Source: Bugula neritina (taxonomy: Eukaryota > Animalia > Bryozoa). From it: a stretch of 64,000 nucleotides of DNA. Below are positions 35,601-49,000 of the stretch, piece by piece. The position numbers and the translations under genes are program-made. Below the pieces are notes generated by a model. That model saw nothing but the letters and a program-made list of their open reading frames with translations, did no database searches and was not told the DNA's origin. The stretch is from contig OZ037767.1 of NCBI GenBank assembly GCA_964035545.1, positions 14,946,998 through 15,010,997 on the forward strand, read 5' to 3'. The stretch's first letter is position 1. Each line of letters begins with the position of its first letter.

Positions 35601-35873
35601 AAATAAGTAAGTAAACTACTTAATAATCCTCATTACAATTATGTGAACTATTAAACAAATCCTACACACATAGACTTGCCGGTCCATTCAGAACAGCCGA
35701 AGTAGCGAGAGTCATTTCAAATATGATCTAACTAGTTCGTAGGGGATCGAAAGACTCTAGAAACTAATCATACAAACCGCGGGATGCTCTGTAACCTCAT
35801 ATGTGATAGAATTTTCATCTAAAAGTTTTTCTAAAGCTGCCCTCTTTTCTGCTGTTGATGTGCTACCAGCCAT
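29623..35873 (-). CDS. PRORSD1: Prolyl-tRNA synthetase associated domain protein (ProXp-ala/PrdX trans-editing deacylase, YbaK-like fold)
   Basis: Exons 35873-35778, 35055-34893, 34405-34300 and 29794-29623. Motifs EHPAVFTVEE, KNLFLKDKKK, GGLRFADE, LGVTQGSVTALAL and VNFHPMINTAT. Confidence 0.9.
29808..30180. repeat. 27-bp minisatellite, left arm (CTGTTACATGGTTACACAGTAAGACTA)
   Basis: About 14 units; continues in the same orientation after the transposon. Confidence 0.9.
30398..31169 (+). pseudogene. Harbinger accessory MADF/Myb-like and BESS protein, disrupted
   Basis: C-terminal half of MADF (LLRDSFVRHKR...SGAA...WKYYEDMKWF) near 30400-30546 and BESS-like DEAYYSAMSWAVRFRKLSSYQQIVFRQGLEKLFF. 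The N-terminal MADF half is not recognisable and there is an in-frame TAG near 30752. Confidence 0.7.
31304..33530 (-). pseudogene. Harbinger DDE transposase (HARBI1-like), 4 exons, premature stop
   Basis: Motifs FFKYFRMS, KLAVTLHHLAEG, WNFPTCLGSIDGKHV, FFNYKH, VGDDAFPL, FNYRLSRARIVVENAFGILSQRWR and CALHNFL. In-frame TAA at 32278-32280. Confidence 0.9.
32515..32845. repeat. (CTA/CTG)n trinucleotide microsatellite in transposase intron 1
   Basis: ACT/GCT triplet run; gives spurious poly-Ser and poly-Val ORFs. Confidence 0.9.
33796..34052. repeat. 27-bp minisatellite, right arm
   Basis: Same unit and orientation as 29808-30180, about 9 units. Confidence 0.9.
34655..34836 (-). mobile_element. 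tRNA-derived SINE, copy 4
   Basis: The reverse complement reads GGAGAGCAGCAATGGTTTAGTGGTTAGAGG...GGTTTGAATCCC...TGGTGATGTTAGGAAGAGCATCC. Confidence 0.75.
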
Positions 35874-37331
35874 GGCCCTAATAAAAAATATAAAAATGCA
35901 TAATTTATATTCATTTATTCAATACTACTAAACACATACAGTAGCTATTCAAGCCAGTAAAACTAAATGTAATCAATCGAAGACAAACCATCAAGTAATT
36001 ACAACTTTAATGCTTGCAAAAGATTCATTAGAATTTAAAATAACTTGCCGAAAAAACTGAATAACATGTTTTGAAAGCATTACTAAGCAACTCCGACTTT
36101 ATTTGTAGAATGCAGAAGATGGTATTTGCTATGATGACTAAACCAATGACTAAACATCACCTAAACAGTAAATAATAATGAAATTAAATATTCAAATCTA
36201 ATAATCATTAACTTTAAGCAGTAAATACAACAGTTATGTTTATTTAATTTTATTATCAATGTAGTATTTTGATTATTCCTACGTATTACACGTTACTACA
36301 GCTTCTTTAGCTTGTTTGCTCCCTCTATTCAAAGCATCCCCTCATATTATCTATCTCAGCTACTCACTCAGCTACTGCTTTGTAAACCACAGCTGGCTTT
36401 GTGTTCACTATTACAAGGCAATGATTCTTTTAACCACAATATTTGTCAGCTTTTATAGCTTGTAGCTAGAGATTAGAGCAGTTGTTCTGTGCTTTCATTC
36501 TTGCCTGGTGCACTTTCTCCACTGACTACAACCCTTGTGTTAGATATCTCACTAGTCACTTTTTTGATTGAGTAACAGCATTCTGTACATGATAGATATT
36601 TAACCTCCCACTATTACAACCATATTTATCTAGTTCTAACTCTCTCCAAGAAGGGTGATACTGATAGTGGTATGTTAAACATTTTTATGCAACAATTTTG
36701 CAATGCTTCATGTTTCATTTTTCTTTTCATTCATGCCTTTATTATTAGATAGTATTACTATTATTGCATTATTGTAGTAATATAATTACTAAGGTGGTAT
36801 TAGAAGTAATTATTAGTATTACATTTACTATTACTTAATCTTATAGTTATAGTTATACTATGTCTATTACTATTACTATATCAATATGTATTACGTATTA
36901 GCATTACTATTAGTATTACTATTACTATTAGTATTACTAATAGTAATACTATTACTATTAGTATTAGTATTAATATAAATATTACTGTATAAGATTAAGT
37001 GTATTACTATATTACTAATACTATTAGTATTAGTATCAATAATAGTATTAGCATTACTATTTTATTAGTATTACTATTACTATTAGTATTACTATTACTA
37101 TTAGTATTACATTTACAATTACTGATTAGTGAATTACTTTACATTTACTGATTTAGTTTTAGATTTAGTCATTTACTATTCGGAATGATAGCAATTTCAA
37201 TAGCCATAGGCCTAGGAGAGTGACTCCCTGGTAGCTTATAAAATTTGCAGTAATACTAATAGCTAAAGTAATCAGCAAGACTAATAGTAATAACACTCCA
37301 ACTCACAATAAGTATAACTTTTTATCTCACC

Positions 37332-37612
37332 TGTCTCAGTCGGAGTCTGCTTACTTAAAAAGTAAAAAGCAGGATGTACCTTTGGGCAAGTTGAAAATAG
37401 CAAAAGTGGAAGTTTCACATTGCGTTATATAAAAGAACAAAATAGACATTAAATTTCTTTTTTCGTAATTCTGAAATTAATGTTCGGGATTTGTAAAAGT
37501 TCTCAACTGTATTAACGACAACTCCTTAAAAAATTAATGCGTTGAGGAAAAGTCCCTCATGGAAAGTTTATGTAGTGCGCGTGCGTATTTAACACACATG
37601 TGGTCATCGAAA
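37332..37612. promoter_or_regulatory. Probable compact bidirectional promoter for PRORSD1 and WDR43
   Basis: A minus-strand donor CAG|GTGAGA at about 37331 suggests a PRORSD1 5' UTR exon (an acceptor lies just before its ATG at 35878). This is under 300 bp from the WDR43 ATG. Confidence 0.45.
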
Positions 37613-40600
37613 ATGGTTGAGACGGCTAGTTTGTATTCTGATTTTGAATATTCAACTAGTAATCTTGCTGTTTCAACTGTAGATGGGCCTCTCCGACTGT
37701 GGGATTCATCTACCGGAAAACTTTTGAGTGAATATCTACACAGTTCTCACCTTACTGCCGTTTGTACTTGTCTTAAATGGAAGCCATCTAGTTCTTGCCA
37801 CTCGACACGCCAGCGGGTAAGTAAGCGAAACAGTCGTTTAAGTTAAATTTTATAATTTTAGTTTTTAATTAACCCGCCGCCTTCATTGTTTTTTATCTGT
37901 AAATTGATGAATATTAATTTATATAATTATGATAACTATCTTGATTAGTAATAGTCAATGACATTGTATTTCAATTTGTAAATAATCATTTTCATTTTGA
38001 TTTATTATTTTAATATATTTTATAAACTTGAAGCTGCAGTAACACTAACTCAAAGTTGGAGTTGGTTTGTTCAGCTGTGGCAGTGTGAGGCTATGTTCTT
38101 AATTCTTAAAGTTAGGGTTTCCCGGGATCAGATTTACTTTTAAGATAGTATTGGCTATTGCTATAAGACTAAGTAAAGGCCCTTGATTTAGATAGAGATA
38201 CTGATAGTGATAATAATGCTGCTTTTATTGCCTCATCATAAGCTGATGATGATTAATTATCATATGCCTATTCGTATTGTATCTGATGTAGAAAACTAAG
38301 AAGTCAAAAGTAAATCATGTGTCCGAAGAATCAGACTATCAGTCTGCTGATGAAAGTAAGATAGTAGCCATTGGTTCAGCTACTGGAGAAGTGAATCTAT
38401 ACAACGTAGACAAAGGAGAAGTTCAATGTCAGTTGGTGAGTGGTCGACACTGCTCTCGTGCTTGAAAGGTAAATGACTTGACAGTTTGTGCGGAGATATA
38501 ATGCACTAATGTGTGTTTCAGAAAAGTACACACAACACAGAGGTAACAGCAATCTGCTGGTCTGAAGATGGCACTAGTTTGTACAGTGGATACTCAGATG
38601 GCCTCGTCATACACTGGGACACATTATCTGGCAAACAGAAAAGGTCAGCTTCTAGTTAGTCTGTAGATTTTTAGTGGAAGTAACCATATTTATGGCATTA
38701 GTTTGTCATTGCTACTTTTCTCATTACAGGCATTGGAAATCTAGTAAATCGGGAGTCACCTCCCTGGCTGTGTGCGGTCAATCACATATACTAGTAGCTA
38801 GTCTTTCAATATCCATGTGGGACTTGGACTCCCTCTCCATAGTTCAGGTACGGGCCGAGATCCAGTCTTCAATATAAGTATATTATGGCACTTGAATACT
38901 ATAACACTGCTATACTGTAACACTGCTATACTATACACTGCTATACTATGACATTGCTATACTATGACACTGCTATACTATACACTGCTATACTATACAC
39001 TGCTATACTGTAACACTGCTATACTATAACACTGCTATACTATGACATTGCTATACTATGACACTGCTATACTGTAACACTGCTATACTGTACACTGCTA
39101 TACTGCAACACTGATATACTGTAACACTGCTATACTATAACACTGCTATACTATACACTGCTATACTGTAACACTGCTATACTATATACTGCTATACTGT
39201 AACACTGCTATACTATATACTGCTATACTATACACTGCTATACTATACACTGCTATACTGTAACACTGCTATACTGTAACACTGCTATACTGTAACACTG
39301 CTATACTATACACTGCTATACTGTAACACTGCTATACTATACACTGCTATACTGTAACACTGCTATACTGTAACACTGCTATACTGTAACACTGCTATAC
39401 TGTAACACTGCTATACTGTAACACTGCTATACTATAACACTGCTACACTATGGCTCTGCTACACTATGCTATACTATTTTATATCTGCTTGCAGAGTTTC
39501 ACTGGACACGCCACAGATATCCTTCAGATACATTCTATACTCACAGATGTAGAAACACTAGATATAAAATCCTTACATTTAATATCAGTAGCCAGTGACG
39601 ATAGGGTTGTGTCGCTCTGGGCCCCTTCCTCCAAATCTAGTAAATCTAAGCGAGCTAAGGCTTCGTTTATATTAGAAAATGAGCCTATTTTCTCCACTGT
39701 ACACTATGACAGGGTAGGTTTCTCTCTCATTCAGTGTTGAGTTTACACTTGGAAATATATTACAGAGTGTTTCTGTCAGCTGTTATTTTGCAATGTTGAA
39801 TTGAATATAAATTAATTTGTGATCTATATCTTTGCTGTTTATTCTTTAATCAAGGTATTCTTATAGTAACCCCTGTGTAGATAGTTTTCACGTCACCTTG
39901 TAAATACTTTAAATGATCTGTTATTTTAAGTAATCCAACAGAGTTCCGACTTTTCCAATCTTTTCATGCCTACTTGTTATGGTCAGTATTTACACTGATA
40001 TTCGCAACATGTTTTCACGTCTGATATGCAATAAATCAATCGATCAATCTCTGTCCTCACATAGAGTCGGACTCATGAAACTACACCATACGTACTCATG
40101 TATTCTCACTCTCTGCTTAGGCTGTGAACCGTCTAAGACTGGCCGTGCTGACTACTGCTAAGACAGTCGAACTGTTTGAACACGAGTTGACAGCCGCTGC
40201 CAACAAAAAGCCAATCAAGGCCCTGCATGTTGTCAGCATCACTAAACCAAAACCTTCAGGAAAACCTCTACCCCTGCTGGCCTGTAAACTGGGGTCAGAC
40301 GACGGGTTGCTCCTTGCTTACGGTACAGAAGTATCGCCCGCCTTCCACACTCTACAGCACCTGGTTAGTAGCTCTTCTGTTCACCAGGCTCAGGGTTGAG
40401 GTCAAATACATATGAATGTAATAAATTATAATTACTTGAAAATTATAATTACATTTTAAATTATTGTAATTTATTACAATTACTCCAACCCTACAACCAG
40501 TACATCTGCAACTCTGTGACCACTTACCTGCTACTCATGTGCAACTCGTGATGTTGTAGTCGAGTCTGGGAGAAACAGAGGTGAAGATAGAGAAGGAAGA

Positions 40601-43600
40601 TCCGAGTAAAGCACAGCCGGTCACCAAAGTCACTTCAATGGGGAACGTGCGGCAGCCAAAGCTGGACGGGAACGTCACGACCCTCACCCCCGCTGTCGAG
40701 GGTGGCAAGAGACTCGGTGCTAAAAGGGGGCGTGACGCTGGCGAGAAGCGCCCCCTGGAGGAAGGCGAGGTTAGCAGCTGTTAGAGAAAGTATCTGTTAG
40801 TGTGGATGGTGCACTTTTTATTCTGCAAAGAAGATTTTTGTTTACTTTAATATTTTTGAATTTAGTGTGTTTTATGTTGAGCGTGATAGAATAATCAGTG
40901 CTAAAATACTTGTCGTAGCTAGCACGTCCTACTTTACCCTAATGTAAAAACTGTATCTTTGCTATGCACTGATGATTGCACACGTCACACATCTGGTATG
41001 CTGCAGGCTACGATAGAAGAGAAGCTGGCTCTGTTACGGGGCGGTGCAACTGACAAACCTACAGAGATCACAGGTCCTACAGACTCTCTGGCTACAGTCT
41101 TGTCTCAGGCCCTCCAGTCGGACGATGTGAGCATGTTGAAGGTGAGTCACTCTTGTAGAGGTCAATGTGATATACTAGAAGTCGATGTACTACACACACA
41201 TTGTCGGTGGCTGTGGTAGCTGGTAGTAGATGTAGTAGCTGTTGCCATTGCTTTGAATTATGCTAATGAATGCTTGTATGGTTGCAGTTTGCATTAACTT
41301 ACAGTTGTGTTTTCATTCTATGCAACTGTTGTCTAACATCGAAGGAAAAATCCATTCCCACAGTGTGAAGCTTGAAAACGCAATGTATGAAAAAGATTCA
41401 ATTAGATGTAGATTGTTTCTGCACTGATACCTGTTATATTGTCGAGTTGATGCAATTCGTCCATTCAATAGAGAACGCTGAGTCACGGAGACGCTAAGGT
41501 AATCAACACAACGATCAGACGACTCCCTCTGTCCTGTGTCATGCCTCTGATGAAACACCTCACGCTGTCTCTTGCCAGCTCGGGCAGTGGTAAGGGAGAC
41601 GGCACGGCCAACATCCCCCTCGTCAAGTGGATCAAAGCCCTCCTCCACATTCACGCCTCCTACCTGGCCACTGTAAGTACCACCTCTCTACTGTAAGTAC
41701 TACCTCTCTACTGTAAGTACTGTCTCTCTACTGTAAGTACTACCTCTCTACTGTAAGTACCACCTCTATACTGTAAGTACTGTCTCTCTACTGTAAGTAC
41801 CGTCTCTCTACTGTAAGTACCGTCTCTCTACTGTAAGTACCACCTCTATACTGTAAGTACCACCTCTCTACTGTAAGTACTACCTCTCTACTGTAAGTAC
41901 TACCTCTCTACTGTAAGTACTGTCTCTCTACTGTAAGTACCGTCTCTCTACTGTAAGTACCGTCTTTCTACTGTAAGTACCACCTCTCTACTGTAAGTAC
42001 TATCTCTATACTGTAAGTACTATCTCCCTACTGTAAGTACTATCTCTATACTGTAAGTACCACCTCTCTACTATAAGTACCACCTCTCTACTGTAAGTAC
42101 CACCTCTCTACTGTAAGTACCACCTCTCTACTGTAAGTACCACCTCTCTACTGTAAGTACCACCTCTCTACTGTAAGTACTATCTCTCTACTGTAAGTAC
42201 TACCTCTCTACTGTAAGTACCGTCTCTCTACTGTAAGTACCATCTCTCTACTGTAAGTACCACCTCTCTACTGTAAGTACCACCTCTCTACTGTAAGTAC
42301 CACCTCTATACTGTAAGTACTATCTCTCTACTGTAAGTACCACCTCTCTACTGTAAGTACCACCTCTCTACTGTAAGTACCACCTCTCTACTGTAAGTAC
42401 CACCTCTCTACTGTAAGTACCACCTCTCTACTGTAAGTACCACCTCTCTACTGTAAGTACTACCTCTCTACTGTAAGTACTACCTCTCTACTGTAAGTAC
42501 TGTCTCTACTGTAAGTACTACCTCTCTACTGTAAGTACTACCTCTCTACTGTAAGTACCATCTCTCTACTGTAAGTACCACCTCTCTACTGTAAGTACCA
42601 CCTCTCTACTGTAAGTACCACCTCTATACTGTAAGTACTATCTCTCTACTGTAAGTACCACCTCTCTACTGTAAGTACCACCTCTCTACTGTAAGTACCA
42701 CCTCTCTACTGTAAGTACCACCTCTCTACTGTAAGTACCACCTCTCTACTGTAAGTACTACCTCTCTACTGTAAGTACTACCTCTCTACTGTAAGTACTG
42801 TCTCTACTGTAAGTACTACCTCTCTACTGTAAGTACTACCTCTCTACTGTAAGTACTGTCTCTACTGTAAGTACTACCTCTCTACTGTAAGTACTACCTC
42901 TCTACTGTAAGTACTACCTCTCTACTGTAAGTACTACCTGTCTACTCTAAGTACTACCTGTCTACTGTAAGTACTACCTGTCTACTGTAAGTACTAGCTC
43001 TCTACTGTAAGTACTACCTCTCTACTCTAAGTACTACCTGTCTACTGTAAGTACTACCTGTCTACTGTAAGTACTACCTCTCTACTGTAAATACTACCTG
43101 ACCACTGTGAGTTTTATACTGTTTTTATTTGTATTGCCTTGGTCCCAGCTATTACTAGAGTTGAAAGTAGATAATTTTCAAGGGCTGAAGAAGTGTTTTG
43201 TAGCCAGTTCTAAGTTGCTGTTGTTTGTTATATCGACTGCATTTGTCTCCCCCTAGTTCCCAGAGCTGGTGGAGAAGCTGCAGAAGATGTACAACATAGT
43301 GGAGAACAGAGTGGCGCAGGTTGGCTCCTTCACCAGACTGCAGGGCAGACTAGACTTGACTCTCTCTCAAATAGCCCGACAGAAAGATGATGAGCAAGGG
43401 GCCGAGGCTTCTGCCGCCCTCCTCACTCTACAAGATGGTTAGTAAACTCTCAGGCTAATAGTCTCGGAGCTAGAACCTGTAACAAACTTGATGTGTAATA
43501 TAGCAACTTACAAGTAGTACATAATAGTACTAATAGATATAATATATCTTATATTGTATCTGTTATAATATATTGTATTTTATATAATATACTATATATA

Positions 43601-44250
43601 ACATAACATATGTTACATTTTATATTATATTAGTACTCATCAATATTCAATATTCTGTTCTATTGTAATATAGCAACTTACAAGTAGTACATAATAGTAC
43701 TATTAGATATAATATATAATTTATGATATATTATATCTTATATAATTTACTATATATAACATAATATATATTACATATTTCATTATATTGGTACTTATTA
43801 ATATCCAATATTCTGCTCATTCTGCTGGCACAGAATGCCTGGTTGACCTGGTCATCTTTAGTCTTGGTTTTCTTTCGCAGAGTCTTCAGGGGATGAAATG
43901 ATGGATGAGCTGGACATGATGATGGTTCACTCTGAATCAGAGGTCAGTGTTGTCTCCCCTCTGTGTTTATTCTTGTCATTGCACTTGGAGTTGTCTTTTC
44001 ATTTCCCCTGGTTTTGATTAGCTTTAAAATCTACCAGATGATTACGGTTGCTCTAGAACCTTAGTAGAATATACAGCAATAATGTGAGTTTGTTATTTAG
44101 TAGCAGTTGTTGTTACAGAATTACAATGCAGTAGGATATTTCGCACGCATACAAAGTGCTAGTGTGAAATGGTGATTTTAGTTCCATCATTAATTGTTGA
44201 CATTACAGGATGGATATTTGTCAGCAGATGAAGATGACTTAGTAAAATGA
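37613..44250 (+). CDS. WDR43: WD repeat protein 43 / UTP5 (SSU processome)
   Basis: Exons 37613-37816, 38292-38435, 38522-38643, 38730-38847, 39495-39713, 40121-40363, 40560-40769, 41007-41141, 41472-41672, 43257-43437, 43881-43942 and 44209-44250. WD40 repeats (LRLWDS, CTCLKW, FTGHATD), a Utp12/Dip2 domain (SLATVLSQALQSDD, INTTIRRLP, KWIKALLHIHASYL, RLQGRLDL) and an acidic tail. Confidence 0.93.
38897..39470. repeat. 16-17-bp minisatellite (TATACTGTAACACTGC) in a WDR43 intron
   Basis: Direct tandem periodicity. Confidence 0.9.
41671..43112 (+). repeat. 20-bp minisatellite (CTGTAAGTACCACCTCTCTA), about 70 copies, each a copy of the WDR43 exon-9 donor
   Basis: Begins exactly at ACT|GTAAGT and ends with TACCTGACCACT GTGAGT, a near copy of the exon end TACCTGGCCACT GTAAGT. 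Confidence 0.92.
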
Positions 44251-44254
44251 CAAC

Positions 44255-44490
44255 ATTGCAACCACCTGCTGTCAACCTGCCACCCACATGCTGACACCTA
44301 ACAACCACCTGCTCTCAACCCTCCATACATCTGATAACACTTAGCAACTACCTGCTGTCAACATGCCATCCACATGCTGACACTTAGCAACCACCTGCTG
44401 TCAACCCTCCATCCATCTGATGACACTTAGCAACCACCTGCTGTCAACCCTCCATCCATCTGATGACACTTAGCAACCACCTGCTTCAAC
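44255..44490. repeat. 43-bp tandem repeat x5 at the start of the WDR43 3' UTR
   Basis: TTAGCAACCACCTGCTGTCAACCCTCCATCCATCTGATGACAC units. Confidence 0.8.
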
Positions 44491-46083
44491 CATAAAACAT
44501 CTGCATGTCGACATCTGACAATTTCTTGCAACTGTCAACTTGCAATCACCTGTCTGCACATGGCATCATATGCCACAATACATTGAGCAATGTAAATACT
44601 TTACACATTTTATGTATAATATTTTTTCTTGTTACAGCTTGTGGCGTATAAACATCACATCAATCTGGCAGCAATTTATTTATTAATATTGTTGTTTTGT
44701 GTCACTAATGTAGTTTGGTGAAATGGTAATTGCATACAGCTCAAGACTAACTTCTTGTTCTGTGTGGGTTGAATGGTGGTGGTGGTCCATTTTTAAAAAT
44801 TTATCTTCGAATGAAAAATTTGTCCTTTCGTGTTTTAAGCAGCAGTTGGAACTACTATATGTTGTATAGTGATTTTTTATATTTCATTATTTGTATAAAA
44901 GCTTCATCACTCACCATCAATAAATTTTATGAACTATTTTTATCCTAATGATTTTCTACAGGTCTTGTATTACACTTGTAAAAGGTTGCTTATAAATACA
45001 TTGACTCAATCTTGCTTGCATACGGTTTAATATTTCACTGGGCTGGTATAACAGTACTGGTTGGTCAGTTTAAACACTGTCTGCCTAACTCCATCACCTA
45101 CTAGTCATTAACTACCATGATTTTGGCTCTACTTGTTACTTTGGAGGTAACTGACTTGCTGACCACAAACTTGGTGCCCTTGCACTGTGACTCATGGCCC
45201 TTGGCAGCTTTCCTGTTGAGTGGGTAACTCCACGCCCCTAATTGTGCAGGGTGGAGAACTAGGGCTAATTAGCCAATGATAACAGCCACAGAAGTCTAAA
45301 GTAATTAGTATCAAAGTAATAGAATCATATCAGCTGTTCCTTAGCACGCCTGCCTTTCCCCTCAGTGGTGCCTTAAAGCTTTAAAAAGATCTCAGGCTAA
45401 TGAGTGATTCTTAGTGCATAGCCTAATTTCCTAATAGCCAAAGGTGCCGAATTCTTGAACTGATGCCCAAAGTTTTCCTAGGGCACTCGGTAATTGTGTT
45501 GAAGGTATAAGCCATTGTTGGGCTGGTGAAAGCATTCTTCGTACTGAGTCGATAATTGCTGGTAGCTAATAGTTGTGTGAATCATGGATATCAGTCAAGC
45601 CAGCATTCAAAGTGCTGAAAATATGCATTAGTTGTGCCGAAATAGTCGGTATAAGTTTAGCACATGGAAGTGTCTAACTAGGAAATTCTAACACATCTTT
45701 ACCATCGGTAAGTTATAAACATTATGGTAAGCCAGCATGTAAATATGTTACTGAAATATAATATGTTACATAATGATTAAGTGTAGCTGTGATGTTAATT
45801 AAGAAATGTCTGTGCAGTTCCAGTTGAAAATTCTAAAATAAACACTGGCTTTAGAGGCACGTGTTATTACAGCACAGCTGGCTAATGATGTGCTAATTAA
45901 AGTTCAACAATTTTGTTTACGTATTGATATGCAATTAGCTTCCCAGTTAGCCCCTCATTGCTGCTGCCTGCTGCTCAGTTTAACTAGGAATGAGTGTTCA
46001 TTTCTTATCTATTAGTCAGATATAACCCAATCAACTTATTGATTTCTGCAGCTCTCAACACTAAACACTGCATAGAGTTGAAC

Positions 46084-49000
46084 ATGTTGAAACATCGACG
46101 AATAGCCACACCAACGAAAGACACGGGAGTCAATCTAGCTAATAGCAGAGTTCCTGACTCTCCCACTAAGAGATGCTCTTCTGTACCCCCCAAACTAGAT
46201 AAAACTATGGTGCTGGAGAATTCAGAACCCAGGTAATAAACACCTATTCTTCATCTACCTTGAAAATCAGGTATTTTCAGGTATGAGTCAAATTTATTAC
46301 TTTGTGCATGTCCATGCATATATCCTTGTATGTCTAAAATTTTATAATTTCTTATAAAAGTTGCTAGTGGAATCACTTTATTAAAATTTAGAAATTTAAT
46401 ATGATGAATTATCAATCAATATATTTATTGTTTAGAGTGCAGTTTTGCTTATATTGCATAATACACTGTCTGGTATGTGATAATTACGTAACTGAAGTAA
46501 AAGTGGTGGTGTTGGCATATTTAACATATTGCTTTCTACAAAAGAATTATATATGCATGTAATATTATATAAATATTACTTATATTTAAAGAAGCGAATG
46601 ATGCACAGTATATCATAATATAATATTATACTAAAATACTCTGTATAGTTGGTTATATATTATGCAATATTACAGTACTGTGGGTATTATACTATGTGGT
46701 ACATTATATATGGTATTACAGTACTATAGTTAGTAGCTATACAATGTGGTATATTATACGGTATTACAGTACTATAGTTAGTATACAATGTGGTATATTA
46801 TACGGTTTTACAGTACTATAGTTAGTATACAATGTGGCATATTATACGGTATTGCAGTACTATAGTTAGTATACAATGTGGCATATTGTACGGTATTACA
46901 GTACTATAGTTAGTATACAATGTAGTATATTATACGGTATTACAGTACTATAGTTAGTATACAATGTGGTATATTATACGGTATTACAGTACTATAGTTA
47001 GTATACAATGTGGCATATTGTACGGTATTACAGTACTATAGTTAGTATACAATGTAGTATATTATACGGTGTTACAGTACTATAGTTAGTATACAATGTA
47101 GTATATTATACGGTATTATAGTACTATAATTAGTATACTATGTGGTATATTATACTGTATTACAGTACTATAGTTAGTATACTATATGGTATATTATACG
47201 GTGTTACAGTACTATATTTAGTATACAATGTAGTATATTATACGGTGTTACAGTACTATAGTTAGTATACAATGTAGTATATTATACGGTATTATAGTAC
47301 TATAATTAGTATACTATGTGGTATATTATACTGTATTACAGTACTATAGTTAGTATACTATATGGTATATTATACGGTATTACAGTACTATATTTAGTAT
47401 ACAATGTAGTATATTATACGGTGTTACAGTACTATAGTTAGTATACATTGTGGTATATTATACGGTATTACAGTACTATAGTTAGTATACAATGTGGTAT
47501 ATTATACGGTATTACAGTAATATAGTTAGTATACGATGTGGTATATTATACGGTATTACAGTACTATAGTTAGTATACAATGTGGTATATTATACGGTAT
47601 TACAGTACTATAGTTAGTATACAATGTGGTATATTATATGGTATTACAGTACTATAGTTAGTATACAATGTGGTATATTATACGGTATTACAGTACTATA
47701 GTTAGTATACAATGTGGTATATTATACGGTATTACAGTACTATAGTTAGTATACAATGTGGTATATTATACGGTATTACAGTACTATAGTTAGTATACAA
47801 TGTGGTATATTATACTGTATTACAGTACTATAGTTAGTATACTATGTGTTATATTATAATATGGTATACAATGTAGTATATTATACAGCATTACAATACT
47901 ATAGTTAGTATACAATATGGTATATTACATGGTATTACAGTACTATAGTGAGTATAATATATCGTATATTACACGGTATTACAGTACTATGGGAGAACAG
48001 AGTCTCATCTCCATAAGAGCCAGTGTAGTCATATACGATGACACTTATAAGAAGTGGTTGCCATGTGGACAACTCCCGAGTGGTATCTCCAAGATCCATA
48101 TCTATCATAACACAACAGACAAAACCTACAGGATTGTGGGAAGGAAAATACAAGATAAAGAGGTGAGATTTCGAAATTGTCCTATAAGCAGCACCGAGTT
48201 GGAGGTGAATGGGGGCAGTAGTTTGGGGTTCTCAAGGTCACCCAACTCCGAACTGAGAACTCCCAATTATACTGCACTCAATCACCCCCGACTCGGTGCT
48301 GCTTATAGAATAACTTTAGTGTCCGTGGACTAACACTGCGTTTCCATTATCGCATTATGCGAATGGATTTTTTCATTCGGCTAATGGAAACAGTTACATC
48401 GAATGAAACCGCAACTATAAGTTAATGCAAACCACAAACCACAAATATACTGTACGGGGAATCCATTCGCATTATGCGCAATCATGGAAACGCAGTGTAA
48501 AACTTATAGTCATAGTTCAATGGTTGGTGCCTTGAACAAACTTAGATCTGACTCTGCACTAAACATAGAGTTATAAAACTGTTAATCGTCATCATTCTGC
48601 ACTCCATGACTATCAGTGTTGTAATCATATTGTATAAAGTGCGGGCAACACTATAATAACCTGTCTCATACATTGAAGTTGTCCTCCATTTTTTTTCATT
48701 CGGTTATTCAGTAAATTAATTTCAGCCCGATAATAAGTAAAAATAAATAATTTGAAGCTTGTTCAAGAGTACAGGGTTTTAGGGTCTATAGCTTATAACA
48801 AGGAAGTATATATAGAAAGTTAGGCACAGTTAATTAATCAATGCCACACACTTAGTATATAATTATTATTTAGTTTCTCTTAGTAGCTCTAAAATATCAC
48901 AAGCTACAAGTTGTGTTTTTATCATCAGTTGAAAACTGGTATATATACAATTTCTCTGCTTGATATTTTACGGTGGAGCTTGAAAAGGGTTAACCCTAAT

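Noticed and set aside
37817-44208. Intronic snoRNAs in WDR43 (a snoRNA host in vertebrates); also structured-looking intron stretches at 34430-34590 and 35677-35765
   Set aside because: No clean C/D or H/ACA box set with a recognisable guide could be identified by eye; an Infernal/snoscan run is needed.
41671-47990. Regular arrays as CRISPR
   Set aside because: Head-to-tail units with no unique spacers, no cas genes, and a eukaryotic intronic context.
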